Assembly: GCF_006345805.1 (NCBI RefSeq)
Contig: NC_043012.1
Location: 4,960,001-5,024,000, forward strand
Length of the DNA stretch: 64,000 bases
Source of the DNA: Octopus sinensis
Lineage: Eukaryota
Direction of reading: 5' to 3'
Shown here: piece by piece, positions 40,626 to 56,189 of the stretch
Position numbering within the stretch: the first letter of the stretch is position 1
How the letters are laid out: every line of letters begins with the position of its first letter
Position numbers and translations under genes: made by a program
Notes under the pieces: generated by a model
What the model saw: the letters and a program-made list of their open reading frames with translations, nothing else
The model's database searches: none
What the model was told of the DNA's origin: nothing

Positions 40626-41902
40626 TCTCTCATACTTATAGTTTCCGCCTACCAAATTCAATCACAAGGATTTGGTCGACCCGACGCCATAGTAGAAGAC
40701 ACTTGCCGAAGGTGGCACATAATGGGACTGAACTCAAACAGAACAATGTGATTAGAGATCAAGCGTCTTACCGCACAGCCACACCACACACATACACACA
40801 CAAACACGCACACACACATTCAATATATATATATATGTATATTTTATATTATATTGCCTTTAGTTAATATTTGATATAACTTTGTTCTTAAGGGCGACCT
40901 ATATCTATAAATAATTTTATAAGGAATACTTTGGTTATATGAAGTTTCGGGTTATCATCCCAATGTCCGAAGTCATTGACAACTCTTTAGCAGAAACTAA
41001 TAGAAATCTTCATATATATGTGGAGTTGTCCAACCAACACATCAACTCAACGACATATTTACAAACACCGGGAACTATCTTTACTCAAAGCGCGCTGTCG
41101 CTTTGTTACCGACGAGCTTGAACTCTCTCAAGAAGAATTTTTGATAAGCGCAATGGAAAATCATAAAAACATATGCATGCATACACACATACTTACATAT
41201 ATGTGCAATGGACAAAGAACATTTTATAATCTGGCGTTCATACTTTATTAATGTGCAATAGAATGAATTCGAACGCGCAGTAAATTAGCTCAAACAAGGC
41301 TACAATAATTTTCTCTCTCAGCTACGAACATTCATATTGCTCAACATTGCTTGCTGAACCTAAGCAACATATTCAAACAATAAGATACAAACTCAATTAC
41401 ACACACAGACGCATGCACGCAGGCACACACAAACATACAACACACTCTTTGTCTCACTCTATATCTCTGTCTCTCTCTCTTACACATATAATTATGTGTC
41501 TATTTTATTGTGTTAATATTACGAAAGAACCGAACGACACTACTTATTAAACAGATTTACTGTTGATAATTTATGTATATAGAATTTTCAAAAATTCTAG
41601 ATAATAATTCCTGTGCATTATTCTGGTTTAGAACTTTAAAATGTTAGGTTTTTGTTCTTTGTCAAAATTTTTACACAATAGGCGTTGCATTGCTTATATA
41701 CTCTTTGTTCGGTATTCTATGGTGATATTGTATCACACCTGTGTAATAAACGATATCATAAGGAACTGTCATGCACAAGCTCACTTTTAAGCACACACAC
41801 TTAGAGACAGGATTTCAAACACGTATATACACACATACACATAAATACAAAATATACATACATATATACATACGTATATACATACATACCTAAATAAATA
41901 AT

Positions 41903-41997
<95 letters not shown>

Positions 41998-42454
41998 ACA
42001 TATATAATATAAACAAACATTCACAAGTTCATAAACAGACGAAGTATCGCGTACATACTTATACAAGTATATGTATGTATGTATATATGTATGTATATAT
42101 ATGTATATATACGTATGTATATATATATGTGTATATATACATATATATGTATATATATGTATATATATATATGTATGAGAGTGTGTGTACATATCTCATA
42201 TATATGTATAAACGCATATACATATACATATGTTTACATAAATAGATATATACATACACGCTTACATTATCTCGTTAAACACAGACATAAATGTATATAT
42301 GCATATATATATATTGCATATACATACATATATGTATATATGTTGTATATACATACATAAATATATATATATATACGCACACACATACACACATATACAT
42401 ATATATCTGTCTATGTATGTATTTATATATATATACATAAATATAAATATTTAT

Positions 42455-42494
42455 ATCTATCTATCTTTCTATTAATCTATTTGTCTGTCTGTCC

Positions 42495-42565
<71 letters not shown>

Positions 42566-42579
42566 CATCTATCTATCCC

Positions 42580-42644
<65 letters not shown>

Positions 42645-42657
42645 TTATCTATCTATG

Positions 42658-42707
<50 letters not shown>

Positions 42708-42790
42708 ACTATCTATCTATCTGTCAGTTTGTCTCACTGTCTGTCTGTCTGTCTATCTAAATATCTATCTATTTCTCTATGTATCTATCT
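42455..42790. repeat. (TATC)n microsatellite
   Basis: Direct reading. Confidence 0.95.
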
Positions 42791-43235
42791 ATTTATCTCT
42801 TTTTCTGTCTCTGTCTCTCTCTCTGTATCTCTCTCTCACTCTCTCTCTCTCTAAATATATATATATATATATATAATTATGATGGTAAATGTAGATATAT
42901 AATAAATTCTATTAATTTTCAGCATTATTAACACGTTTTGGAAAAAAGGTGCAAAGGAAAATCAACAACAACGACAACAACAGCGTAAGCGACAAATTCC
43001 CATTTCCTATATAACGTGCAGGTGAAATATTAATTCAACTTTTGAGTAAATATAATACTTTATAAAGACGTCTTCAATAAACTTTATTCATTGTGTCTTG
43101 CTTGTATCGCAAAACAAAAGCCTCAAATTGAATGTTAAAATTTCACACAGGAAAAAAAAAATTAAACGAACAATACTGTAATAACAATGATGGTGATGAT
43201 GATGATAATGATGATGGCAATAAATAAGAGTAATA

Positions 43236-43293
<58 letters not shown>

Positions 43294-43367
43294 TAAATTA
43301 ATATTAATAAGGCTGTTGATGATGATATATGTATACACGATATAAAAGTATATATATAATATATATA

Positions 43368-43406
<39 letters not shown>

Positions 43407-43434
43407 TATACACATATATATGTACATACATACA

Positions 43435-43510
<76 letters not shown>

Positions 43511-44130
43511 GTATGTATGTATGTATGAATATGTGTATGTGTATATATTCCTTTATTCCTTAAGATGAGGATAAAAGTAAAAAAACAAGAAAACTGTATT
43601 ATTCTTCATGTCTCTTTCATCCTAATTCGTCATTCTGTATTCAATCCATAACTGCAGCTCTTTTCAATATGTCATCAAATTGAAACAATGAATGTGAATT
43701 TTTTTTTTTTTCCACATTTTATTTTTGGTTTTCATTTTCCTATTGACTTTGAGAAATACGTTCTCTCACCACCAACACCAACGTCATAACCATCACAAAT
43801 ACCACCCCCATCGCCATCACCAACACCGCCAACATGACCGCCACGACGACGACCACCACCACCACCACCATCATCACCACCATAATCACCAACATATGTC
43901 TTTTTTCTTTCTAGCTTTTTGAAATTATTTATTAATTCATATATAGTATGTACAAGTCATATATTCTTGATATCATATGTAAAATTTATATATCTGAGTG
44001 GCTGCAGTTATCAGTAATATCATACGCAGTTCACATCTCGTGCGTATTTGTATATATATATTATATAACATACATGTATATACATACACACACATATATA
44101 TTTATGTATATATGTATATATATATATATA

Positions 44131-44162
<32 letters not shown>

Positions 44163-44374
44163 GCATGTGTACATATATATAGATGTATATATGTATGCAT
44201 GTATGTATATAATATGCATACACCATAAATTCTATACATGTCAAAACATTATGTGCACGATATATTATACATGTCGTATATCATAAATAACATAATGCAT
44301 AAATTCTATACATGTGCATGTATATACATATATATATATATATATATAGATATTAGTTATGTTATCACCAGTAC

Positions 44375-44870
44375 TACTCGCTTTTGCCCTTTCCCTTATA
44401 CAAGACCACAATTACTGTATCTCTCCAGTCCTCAAGTACAGATTCACTAGTCCGAGTTTCTCCGCATGTATGCCATCCATACCCAGAGACTTCCCATTAT
44501 TCATCCTTGAGACAGCCACTGCAACCTCTTCCAGCTTTGGTGGTTCTGCGAGTGCTGCCTTCACAGGTAATCCAGGGTTGAGATTGAGAACATCCTCACT
44601 AACTACAGACTGCTTATTCAAAGGTTCATCAAAGTGTTCTTGCCACCTTCGCAGAATTCCTTGTGAATAACGAAGAAGTTCTTTACCATCCCTGCTTCGA
44701 AGTGGTGTCATCAGAGAAGACGTCGGTCCATAAACTTCTCGCAAAAGACCATACAACAACTTTGTGTTATTGAAATCCTACGCCACATGTATCTCATCAG
44801 CCCTCTTACTTCACCAGGTATCCCTCATCTGAGAGAGCCTTTGCCTCACACGTGATTTTACATCCTTGAG
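44375..44870 (-). mobile_element. RTE-clade LINE ORF2 internal fragment (EN-RT linker and RT start)
   Basis: LREVYGPTSSLMTPLRSRDGKELL, ILRRWQEHFDEPLN, PPKLEEVAVAVSRMNNGKSLGMDGIHAE and EDWRDTVIVVLYKGKG; flanked by (AT)n on both sides. Confidence 0.9.
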
Positions 44871-44947
44871 TTCCCTATACAACACTTCCCTTTCCTGTAT
44901 GTATATACATACATACATAAATATATTTATATATATATATATATGTA

Positions 44948-45033
<86 letters not shown>

Positions 45034-45400
45034 CACACACACACACACGCGCGTGTGTGTGTGTATAAGTTTCAAGGAGGGAGTTTTTGTGAGGGGGTTT
45101 GAAACAAGCTATAAACATTTTGCATTCTTCAGTATTACAAAATACTGTTGCAGATAAGAATGCTCAGATGAAGGAATTTTCGTTATCGCTGCAGTTTTAT
45201 CTTCCTAACAACATTTTGCAAGATAATGGCACCTGAGATCGTATCGTTTACTCTCAGGGCGGAATGCAATATACTTGTTACTGGAATGATATAATTACAT
45301 GAAAATAAACTCTTTTAAAGGGTAAAGAGAAAATAACTAAATGTAATGTTGCAGTAAAGGATGAAGAAAGCTATGTTGAGGAATATGGTGATGATGATGA

Positions 45401-45440
<40 letters not shown>

Positions 45441-47057
45441 GGAGGAGGAGGAGGAGGAGGAGGAGGAGGATGTTGATGACGATGGTGATGATGATGATGA
45501 TGAGGGTGATGACAATAACTGTGACGATGGAGATGGGGGAAATACGTTTTCGGTAGCGAGGAATTTCAAAGGTTTCATGGAGAACAAAAGAATTTCCTGA
45601 TTAGATCGCAGAAGTAGAGCAATAAGGGCATAGATGATGATGATGTTGATGATGATGATGATGGTGACGTTGATGACGGTGGTGTTGGTGTTTGTTGGTG
45701 ATGAAGATGATTATGGTGGTGGTGGTGGTGGTGGTGGTGGTTGGTGGTGATGATGATAATGATGAGGATGATGATGATGATGGCGGGGGTGGTGGTGGGG
45801 GTGGTGGCAGCGATAGTGATGGTCATGAATAACGATGTAAATATTAATAACATTGAACAAAATAATAATAAAGAACAAAAGTATATAACAGCAAAAGTAA
45901 CGAAAGAACAACGTCGAACCAGGTCAGCTCATATCGTTTCTCTTGTGTGTGTGTGTGTGTGAATAAGAAAACTGGATCATGATACGGAAAGCAGAGAATG
46001 GCTATAATGAAGAAATTAATGGCGAACCGGAATACAGAGCGTCACGGTTAAAATAAGGGGGTAAATATTGACTGACAAAAAATATGAGCCACGCAGTAAC
46101 CTTGACGGAGTTCGCACGTTCTGCTGAAGATAACAACCAAATCACATCACAGATACTATCAATGGAATTAATCGACTTACTGGAAATAGCAACCAAATCG
46201 TGCCAATGTGTGTGGGGGTGGGGGAAAGAGGTTCTCTCTACGTGGTCCCTCAAACTGCTAGATTTATCATTTGAATATCCTGAAGCAAATTTTGACATAA
46301 GAGAAAATATGAGCCAATATATGAGTTTCAATGAAGTCGTACGATCTGCTGAAAATCACAACCAACTCCAACCATAGAGAGCATCTAAGATATCAGTTAA
46401 ATATCCTCCATACTACACCCCACCATGTGTTATAAATGAATGCATTATATAATGTATTTCGTTTTTGGATTTGGTTTGCAAGATTCTTTATATGAGTTTG
46501 TGCTGAAGCATATTCTGTTGTCTGGGGAGAGTCATTCTCTTTTTGTGCCTTATAATTTAACACACTCACCGATAAAATTTCCACATATTTCTTATTTTTA
46601 TTTTCCTAGAATTTTCGTTTCATCTTGCAACCTTTTCAATAGTCAAGACTATTGAAAAGTTTGCAATTGGCCCAAATATTTTGCAGTCAGTACATGAACG
46701 AATTTACCTTGAATTAAAAGGGGCGAAATCCGCTACGACAATATAGAAGATTACAAAAGAAATAACAATTAAGAGTAACGATAAACAATAAAATAACATT
46801 AAAGAATCCTCAAAATGGGAGACAACTACACAAGATGGAATCCTTGAATTATTTTGAGACGTCAAATACTCGTATCTTTTTTTCCCAGTTTTTACCTCCT
46901 AACCAGGGTAAAAGAAGTTCCATTTAACATTGGCATTTCCAACATTCTCACTCACCATTAATAAAATGTATTGGAGGGCATCTCTCCCTTTATAACAACA
47001 CATTTCTCTTTAGGTATTATCCGAAGAAATTAATCAGTCAATGCACGTGACCTACTG

Positions 47058-47375
47058 GAGAAGGTGTGTTGCTCGTACGATCGTAAACTCTAGATTTAGT
47101 TTCTCGGTCCGGGCGCTGCATTGTGTTCTTGAGCCAGACAATTTATTTCATGTTACTCCAGTTCAATCAGTTGTAAAAAATGAGTTCTAGCGATACCTGG
47201 GAAGTTAACGCTGCGATAGACCGGCGTCCTTTCCAGGGATAGGAGTGATGTAACCCCAGGCTCTTGTACATCATGAAAACTAGGTCAATCTACGGCATTA
47301 TGAGTCCTAGGCATTATGAGTTCTCCGGCATTATGAGTCATAGGCATTATGAGTCATCCGGCATTATGAGTTCTT
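47058..47375 (+). mobile_element. Decayed SINE: D-like head, V/Meta-like domain, 16-17 bp tandem tail
   Basis: GTGTTCTTGAGCCAGACAATTTATTTCATG, then GCTGCGATAGACCGGCGTCCTTTCCAGGG, then GGCATTATGAGT x5. Confidence 0.7.
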
Positions 47376-48276
47376 CATGATAAGGAAGAAGAAGAAATAA
47401 ATGAAGGTTTGACATGAGATGGAAAATATCATACTGGAATCTTCCATCCGCTTCAGTTACGTAATTCATATGCTCTACTTATCAGAACGTAGACAAAGAA
47501 AATAGTGGGGTGACATCGTTTATAGAATAGGCTGACAGGCTGATCCATTACTTGTGTGGTGACAGCTGATCAATAAAATTCCTATATGAACAAAACATAG
47601 ACTCTGTACGTATACTTGATGGAGCGTTTCGTCACCCTCTTGGAGAATTCGGTTGTTTGTAGCAGCAACATAGTCATGTGCGTAGAACCATCAACGTCTG
47701 CCCCTGTATCCCTGTCAAGTTAAGAACTCGTGGATTCTGCTGATAATAAGGGACCTGAAACTCTGCAAGAAAAGACACATGAGAATCTCCTCGACGACGC
47801 TTAAATTCTCCCCTAAGCTTTCAGCATTCAGTTCTTTCGTTTATACGGTAAAGAGTATGAATTGGACACTAGACTTAAACACTGTCCAATTGATGGCACG
47901 CAGTGAACCACTGAAAACATTCCAGAGGTATGATGCTAATGCTGATGCTGTTGGTGGTGCTAGGGCTGCAGATGGTGGTGGAGGCGGAGGCGGCGATGGT
48001 GATAAGAATTATTGATTTCGAAAGCGAAAATATTCTTCGCAATAAGTTTGATAAAAACACACACACACACACAAAAAAATAATAGATTGATAATCAGTCG
48101 AAAACTAAGAACGAAAGAAAAAATAAACGAAGAAAATGGGAAAAGCTTAAAGGGAAGGAGTGCAGGAAAAGAAAAAGAAAAAGAGATAGAAAAGCAAGAA
48201 AACAGGAAAAGAAGGAGGAAGTGTGAAAGGAACACGAGAAGAAAATGAAGGGGAAAGTAGAAGTAAAAATAGTAGC

Positions 48277-48354
<78 letters not shown>

Positions 48355-49542
48355 TGTAGTAGTAGTAGTAGTAGAAGAAGAAGAAGGAGAAGAAGAAGAA
48401 GAAGAGAAGAAGAAGAAAAAGAACTACTTGTAGCAGAAGAAAAGGAAGAAAAAGAAGAGGAAGAAGACTAAGAAGAAGACGAAGAAGGAAAAGTAGCAAT
48501 AAAGTTAGTTGTAATAGTAGTAGGAAGAGAAGGAAGGAAAAGAGGAGGAGGAAAAAGAGAAGAAAAACGAGAGGAGGAGGAAGAAGAAGAAAAGGATCAG
48601 CATGGGCAACAACAGCAGCAGCAGCACCATTACCATTAGCCAGATAGAAAGAAACAACAATAACAACAATAGCAAGTAAAAGCAACACCACCACCACCAC
48701 CACCACCATCACCACCAACGCCACCACCACCATCACCGCCACCACCACCATCACCTTCACCACCACACCACCATCACCGCCACCACCACCACCACCATCA
48801 CCACCACACCACCAACACTACTACAACCACCGCCACCACCACTATCACCATCACCACCACACCACTACTACCACCGCCCCCGCCGCCGCCGTCACGGTCG
48901 CTGCCACCGCCACTTCCACCACCACCACCACCAACAAGAGAAACATGTGGCGTTCGAGAGAAAGAGGGAGTAAGCGAAAGAGTATGGAAGCTGAATGTTT
49001 TGTGATTGCATGGCCGTTTCGTGTTCACATCAGAACTTCAATTGTCAGTTTTAGTGTTTCAAACGGAACCTATTTTTATAGTGATTAGTTTGCCATTAAA
49101 GTTAAAAGAGATTATTTTCGGAGATATTTCGTTCCCTGCACTTAGCTCCCACAAATATATTTACCATATACGAACGCATACATAAACGCGCGGGCAAACA
49201 CACACACACACACACACACCACACACACACACACACACACATACACACACACTCAAAAGGTTTAAACATGCGTAGATACACGAACATGCAAGCACACACA
49301 TTCATACGCGTTCTATGCATAACAATACATACGGAGAGGAAACGTGCGGAGCTCAACAGCGATATATGGATATCAATGTATGTATATATGTGTGTTAGTA
49401 TACATATCTATCTATGTATCTACTTATGTGTATGTTGCATATATATATATAATATATATATATATTATATATATATATACATACATACATATATATTACA
49501 TATATATATATGTATATATGTATATAAGTATATATATGTATA

Positions 49543-49577
<35 letters not shown>

Positions 49578-49601
49578 ATATAATATATAGATAGATAGAT
49601 A

Positions 49602-49632
<31 letters not shown>

Positions 49633-50478
49633 TACACACACGAGTGTGTGCGTCTGTATGTGCGTGGTTTCGAACGTATGATATGTACATCAGTATGGAC
49701 TGACACACACACACATGCACGCATATATTGTATGTAATTCATCGACATATAACATATTCACATATAGATATGTGTGTATATATATATATATATATAATAT
49801 ATATAATATAATAAATATATATATGTGTGGGGGGGGGGGTCTATGTATGCGTGTCTCTCTATTTGAGAGTATATGTAAAAATATATTTCGAAGATGCGGT
49901 ATAAAAGATATTGTATATATTTTAAAAGCTCATATAATTTCATCAAAGCATTTAATAACATTCTGCCATACATTTAAGCATTTTATTTCTTCTCAATATT
50001 TCAAGGTTATTTCCACCAAATTCTGCTTGAATAAACAGTTTGTAGGAAACCTTAAAAAAAATTATTATTAAATTTTTTTGGTTTGTTTAGCTTCCCATTT
50101 AAGAAAATAATTTCACTGAAAGTGAGCTAAGTAAAATGATGATATAAATCATAATTCCCGAAAGATGCTAAAAATTTATTTTGGATAATGTTTTCTTTCC
50201 AAGTCATAAAGCGATTTATATATCGTAGCGCGGTAAAAATATAATGTCACTTGAAAAAAAAAATGGCGTATAGATCCGGCCATAACAATTTAAGCGGATG
50301 AAATAAATAAAAGTAAGGTTAGATGAAAAAAGTAAAAAAACACGCAAACTTCTGCCCTGAACATAAAATGAATGGATTTTCCCACTCGTGACATAACCAA
50401 AAGATCCCGATTGATATTGTCCGAGATCTAGTTTCGACTTCTCCCTGTTGTATGAAATCTAATTCATTCAACGATATA

Positions 50479-50641
50479 GGCGCAGGAGTGGCTGTGTGGT
50501 AAGTAGCTTGCTAACCAACCACATGGTTCTGGGTTCAGTCCTACTGCGTGGCATCTTGGGCAAGTGTCTTCTGCTATAGCCCCGGGCCGACCAATGCCTT
50601 GTGAGTGGATTTGGTAGACGGAAACTGAAAGAAGCCTGTCG

Positions 50642-50672
<31 letters not shown>

Positions 50673-50896
50673 GTGTGTTTGTGTGTGTGTGTTTGTCCCC
50701 CTAGCATTGCTTGACAACCGATGCTGGTGTGTTTACGTCCCCGTTAGTTAGCGGTTCGGCAAAGAGACCGATAGAATAAGTACTGGGCTTACAGAGAATA
50801 AGTCCCGGGGTCGATTTGCTCGACTAAAGGCGGTGCTCCAGCATGGCCGCAGTCAAAATGACTGAAACAAGTAAAAGAGTAAAAGAGTAAAGAGTA
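50479..50896 (+). mobile_element. SINE family B, full length
   Basis: Reverse complement of 17313-17716; tail (AGTAAAAG)n. Confidence 0.9.
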
Positions 50897-51251
50897 TAGG
50901 TTTTTAATGGAAATGGAAATGATACGAAATCTGAAAAGTGACTTATAATAATTTTCTTAAAGGTCTCCATTTTATTTGATTCAGGCCGCATAGCAGTGAA
51001 AATAAAAATAGAATAAAATAACAGAGATCTCACTCATACAAAATGATATTAGCGAGAGTGTTAGGATTGAAATCGTTGAGGAAAGAGAAGTGCCAACCAA
51101 AAAAAATGAAATGGTTTGGACATGTAACCTGACACTATGAGATGCTTGCTCTATCACATACGATTATACACAGACAGACACCTAGCATATGAAAGCATTC
51201 TTTTCTACTCTAAGAACAAGGTCTGAAATTTTGAAGGAGGAGGTCAGTCAA

Positions 51252-51775
51252 TTAGCTCGACCCCAGTAGGCAAACTGGTAGGTACTTAATTCATCAACCC
51301 CGAAAGAATAAAAGGCAAAGTCGACCTCGGCAGAAATTGAAATCGAAATACAGACAGCTGAAATACCTATTTCTTTACTACCCACAAAAGGCTACACAAA
51401 GAGGGGACAAACAAGGACAGGCAAAGGGATCAAGTCAATTATATCGACCTCGGTGCGTAACTGGTACTTATTTAATCGACCCCGAAAGGATGAAAGGCAA
51501 AGTCGACCTCGGCGGTATTTGAACTCAGAACGTAGTTGCAGACGAAATACCTATTTCTTTACTACCCACAAGGGGTTAAATACAGACAGGACAAACGGAT
51601 TAAGTCGATTATATCGACTCCAGTGCGTAACTGGTACTTAATTTATCGACCCTGAAAGGATGAAAGGAAAAGTTAGTTGACCTCGGCGGAATTTGAACTC
51701 AGAACGTAGCGGCAGACGAAATACCGCTAAGCATTTTGCCCGGCGTGCTAACATTTCTGCCAGCTCGCCGCCTTA
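51252..51775 (-). mobile_element. SINE family A concatemer (one head, about three body units)
   Basis: The body AAAGGCAAAGTCGACCTCGGC-type block recurs near 51312, 51494 and 51665; a single head lies at 51720-51775. Confidence 0.85.
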
Positions 51776-53207
51776 GCACAAGAGAATATTCAGACTGTGA
51801 AAAGTGTAGTTGAAAAATATCAAAGAATGGGTACAGAAGGAGGCGGGGGGTGGGGTGGATATGAAGTTGGCTGATGAGCAGGAAAAGCGGAGGGGATACG
51901 TTTGTGTCTTGCGTGTGCACCAATAATCTTTAGGCGATGGATTTCATTGACTGAGAAAGAATGAATTTAAAAATCTCTTAGTCCTCTTACAATATTTCAC
52001 AGATTTTTTTCGTTCTGTATGCATCTGTCAGAAATGTCGAACGTATTAACACTCAGGCACTGCTGTCGTAGAACTGTTAACAGTCATGGCAGCATCTTTC
52101 ATGGGTAAATCGGTTGACAAAAATTTCCTGATTAATATTTGACAGTCGTCACTTTTGGTTCGAAAGCTGAGACGATATATGATGCTTTTCTGCTCTTTTT
52201 CTATCGAAAAGATGGATTATATAAGCAGTGGAATTGAAACGTTCTGCATCGATGATGCTGTTTGCGAAATTTTTTTTTTCAGTTTATGAGACATCGATTG
52301 ACGTGCTTATAAAGATAACATTAGAATTCTTTACACCGTTATATCGATGCCATTAAAAAAAGAAACGTTGTGTCCAGAGTAACAAAAAAAGCAGCTACAA
52401 TGATTGTGACAAGTAAACCGAAAAGAGTAGAAAGTGTTGTTTTTCATACGTAATATTTCACATAACCGACAGCCGTACTATCTGCCTCAGGATAATGAAT
52501 AATGTATGTAGATACAGCTGATATCCAGTATAGATCTCGGAAAAAAAGATACAGAACATATTTCTTTTATAAAAGTCAAATTAGAGAGAGAGAAAAAGGC
52601 TAAACGAGTCATATTGGATGAATTTCACCATTTCCTACATTTGACGCTTTCATAATCATGTCACGCGTATAAGAGGATATTAGTTGACAGTTCGAAAACA
52701 ACCCCAGCGAATGAGAAGAGGAAAGAAAAACTGAGGGGAAGTGTACATCGGTTGAAAGTTTGAGATGCTCTTTCTTATCAGAGAACAATCAATGAGAGTC
52801 AATAACCAACTTTCTGATAGACGTCGAAGATATGAAATAGGTTTTCATAACAATGATGTCAGACAGGCTGTAGGCTATATCTTATAATTATATCTATACA
52901 CAATAGGTCGCTTTTCACAAACAATTGACTATATTTAACAATCCTACAATAAAATGACTCACCTTCTTGCCAAATTATATATCTTCCTCATTATATTGTA
53001 TCTTACTCATTGTGTCTCTCTCTATATATATACACACACACATACATACACACACATGAGTGTGTGTATATTTCTGCATGTGTTTCCGTGTGTGTGTGTG
53101 TCTTAGAACAATATTTTTATTTTAAAGCATTGTTCTGTATAACAACTGTGTATTTACTGCTGGTAGTATGACTTTTTACTGAAAGTGGAGGCAAATTTAC
53201 CGTGAAG

Positions 53208-53238
<31 letters not shown>

Positions 53239-53304
53239 CACACGCACACAAACACACCACACACGCACACCAACACACACACACACACCACACACACACA
53301 CACA

Positions 53305-53347
<43 letters not shown>

Positions 53348-53349
<2 letters not shown>

Positions 53350-53640
53350 CTGTCAGGAGGTGTCTCCCTGTATGCAGGTGTCAGCTTGCTACGACCCTCA
53401 GTTCCCTGTGTATTGTACACCAGCCATACTAACAGCTAAGCTCGATTCCGAACCACTCTCTGATGTTGTCTGCCCAGAAATGTCTCTTACGACCTCTTGC
53501 TCTCTTCCCTTCTGCATTTTTGAGGTTGATCCTAACGATTACACGAGGCATATCGTGTGTCCAATATATAGCTTTGTGGATTTGATTCTCGACAACAGAT
53601 CGCTTTGAGATTTCAGCCTTGTTAAAGGTGTGCCAATGCG
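53348..53640 (-). mobile_element. RTE-like LINE 3' end
   Basis: AEGKRARGRKRHFWADNIREWFG is a typical RTE C-terminal G.R.RGR...W.D motif; ends at (AT)n. Confidence 0.75.
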
Positions 53641-54859
53641 TGCAAAAAGAAAAAAAATAATAATTCATTATCAACACGTAAATTTCGTTTTAATCACTAA
53701 AAATAGACGAGACTGTATAATTATCATAGCATTTGCCCACACAAACTGCACACATTCAATAAAATACGTCAAAGAATGGGGCCATTCAACAAAACTGCCT
53801 TCAGCATATGACAATCTAGGCTCAGCAATCTAAAGCTCCATATGACAGTATCTGTTCATAATGCTGGCCCAGCACGTTCAGTGCAAATAATTCTAAAATG
53901 TCCTTGATACTGCAGTCTAAGGAGGACAACACAAGAGAGTCAGTAGACCACATGATGTTTACGTCACATTATTTTCACGTCACATGATCATACGGTCCTC
54001 CTCGATCTTGCTAGAAATTAGTCGCATTTCACCCCCACGTATGAACTGCACTGATGCTCACGTGCACCACTTGTTTAATACTAGAAACCACTTCTTAGCT
54101 GGGCCTTCAGTGATCCGCTGTAGTATACGCTGAAGATATCTCTGACCTGCCAAAAGAATTTCACCTCTGATAACGTCTAACAATTAAGAAACTTTCTTTC
54201 CTTTTGTCATGCATGATGCGTGCCCGCCAGAGACCTCCGACTTCTTTCCTGACTCGCTATACCAAAGACAAGTAATGAAGCTGGCAAATCTCCGACTCGC
54301 TGAGATTTGCAGCTACCACCAAGACCACGGCGTTTCTTTTTGTCTCCTGTGTCAAGGTTTGGAATATTACATTTTGGTACTTCGACACATCTGTGAGAGA
54401 AAGAAGTCAAAACTTCGGCGCTTCATGCATAACATTGCATTTGTCTTCCACTTATAGATAGATTTGTATGTGTGTATGTGTATATAGAATGTATCCTTAT
54501 GTACAATTGTAAACACATGTGTACGTTTATACGTATATGTGTGTGTTTGTGTCTGAGTGTGCGTGCGTGTGTGTATATATATATACATAAATGTATGTAC
54601 GTACACACACACGCACACTCACGTATGCACACGCAGAAACACCGCGGAAATATAATTAAACTGAAATTTTATGTTTAAGAAGAGGACATGAAACAGAAAA
54701 TTGAACAGAGCCGCCTATATTTGTCGAAGGCAAGGTTCTAGCATGGCCATGATGGTGTATATACATATATACGTACATATGTGTGTGTGTGTCCGTCTAT
54801 GTGTGTTGCACGGACATATATATGTATATTCAAACTTTATATAGGTATTTTATGTGTAT

Positions 54860-54902
<43 letters not shown>

Positions 54903-54923
54903 TAGATATATATATATATAATA

Positions 54924-54980
<57 letters not shown>

Positions 54981-55544
54981 ATTTATATATATATATTTAT
55001 ATATGTACAAAATATGTAAAATATATATATATTATATATATATAATAATATTAAATAATATATAATATATATAATATATATAATATAGATGTTGTGTGTG
55101 TGTGTGGTGTGTGTGTAAACAAAACGTGACACCCACACAGACACAGATACACACACACACACACACATATACGCATATACACACATACATATATACACGC
55201 ACTAAGTCATTATGTGCAAGTTTCGAGTAGATTCTTGGATGATTTATGAACTTTTACAGTAAAAAAAACGAAACCAGAAGGTAAAATAATAAATAGATAG
55301 CAACGAAAATAACACCCGTAAATAATTCATATAGATCAAGTTCTGATATGGGTCCACCCCATTTTTATTTTAAATTTATGTTCTTTTTTATCCTTTTATG
55401 TTTACAGCAGTAAATATTCTTGATTGTTTTCTAGTATTTTCTCTAACTTCATTTCAAAGCAACCATCTGTTTCAGTTTAATGTTCAGCGTGACAGTGTTG
55501 GTGGTCTTAAGATCTACATACTTCTCATCTATGCATGAATTTGT

Positions 55545-55990
<446 letters not shown>

Positions 55991-56039
55991 TTCTGTATAT
56001 CTATATATGTATCTATCTATTTATATATACATATATATA

Positions 56040-56170
56040 CAGGGTGTCCCCAAAAAATGTATACACACCTTAAATAATTGTAAAATTGTTATTCTTTGTA
56101 AGCCTAGTACTTATTCTATCGTTCTCTTTTGCCGAACCACTATGTGTATACATTTTTTTGGGACACCCTG
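56040..56170. mobile_element. Tc1/mariner-type MITE containing a SINE-B fragment
   Basis: TA|CAGGGTGTCCCCAAAAAATGTATACAC ... GTGTATACATTTTTTTGGGACACCCTG|TA; the interior TTATTCTTTGTAAGCCTAGTACTTATTCTATCGTTCTCTTTTGCCGAACC matches SINE B. Confidence 0.85.
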
Positions 56171-56189
56171 TATATATATATATATAAAT

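Noticed and set aside
47295-47375. GGCATTATGAGT x5 as a CRISPR-like array
   Set aside because: The 4-5 nt variable linkers are too short; it is a slipped SINE tail.
51868-51895. CTGATGAGCAGGAAA as a hammerhead
   Set aside because: No stem II, and no helix I or III pairing.
54209-54457. 82-aa ORF in a complex region as a host exon
   Set aside because: No recognisable domain and no convincing splice-site pair.
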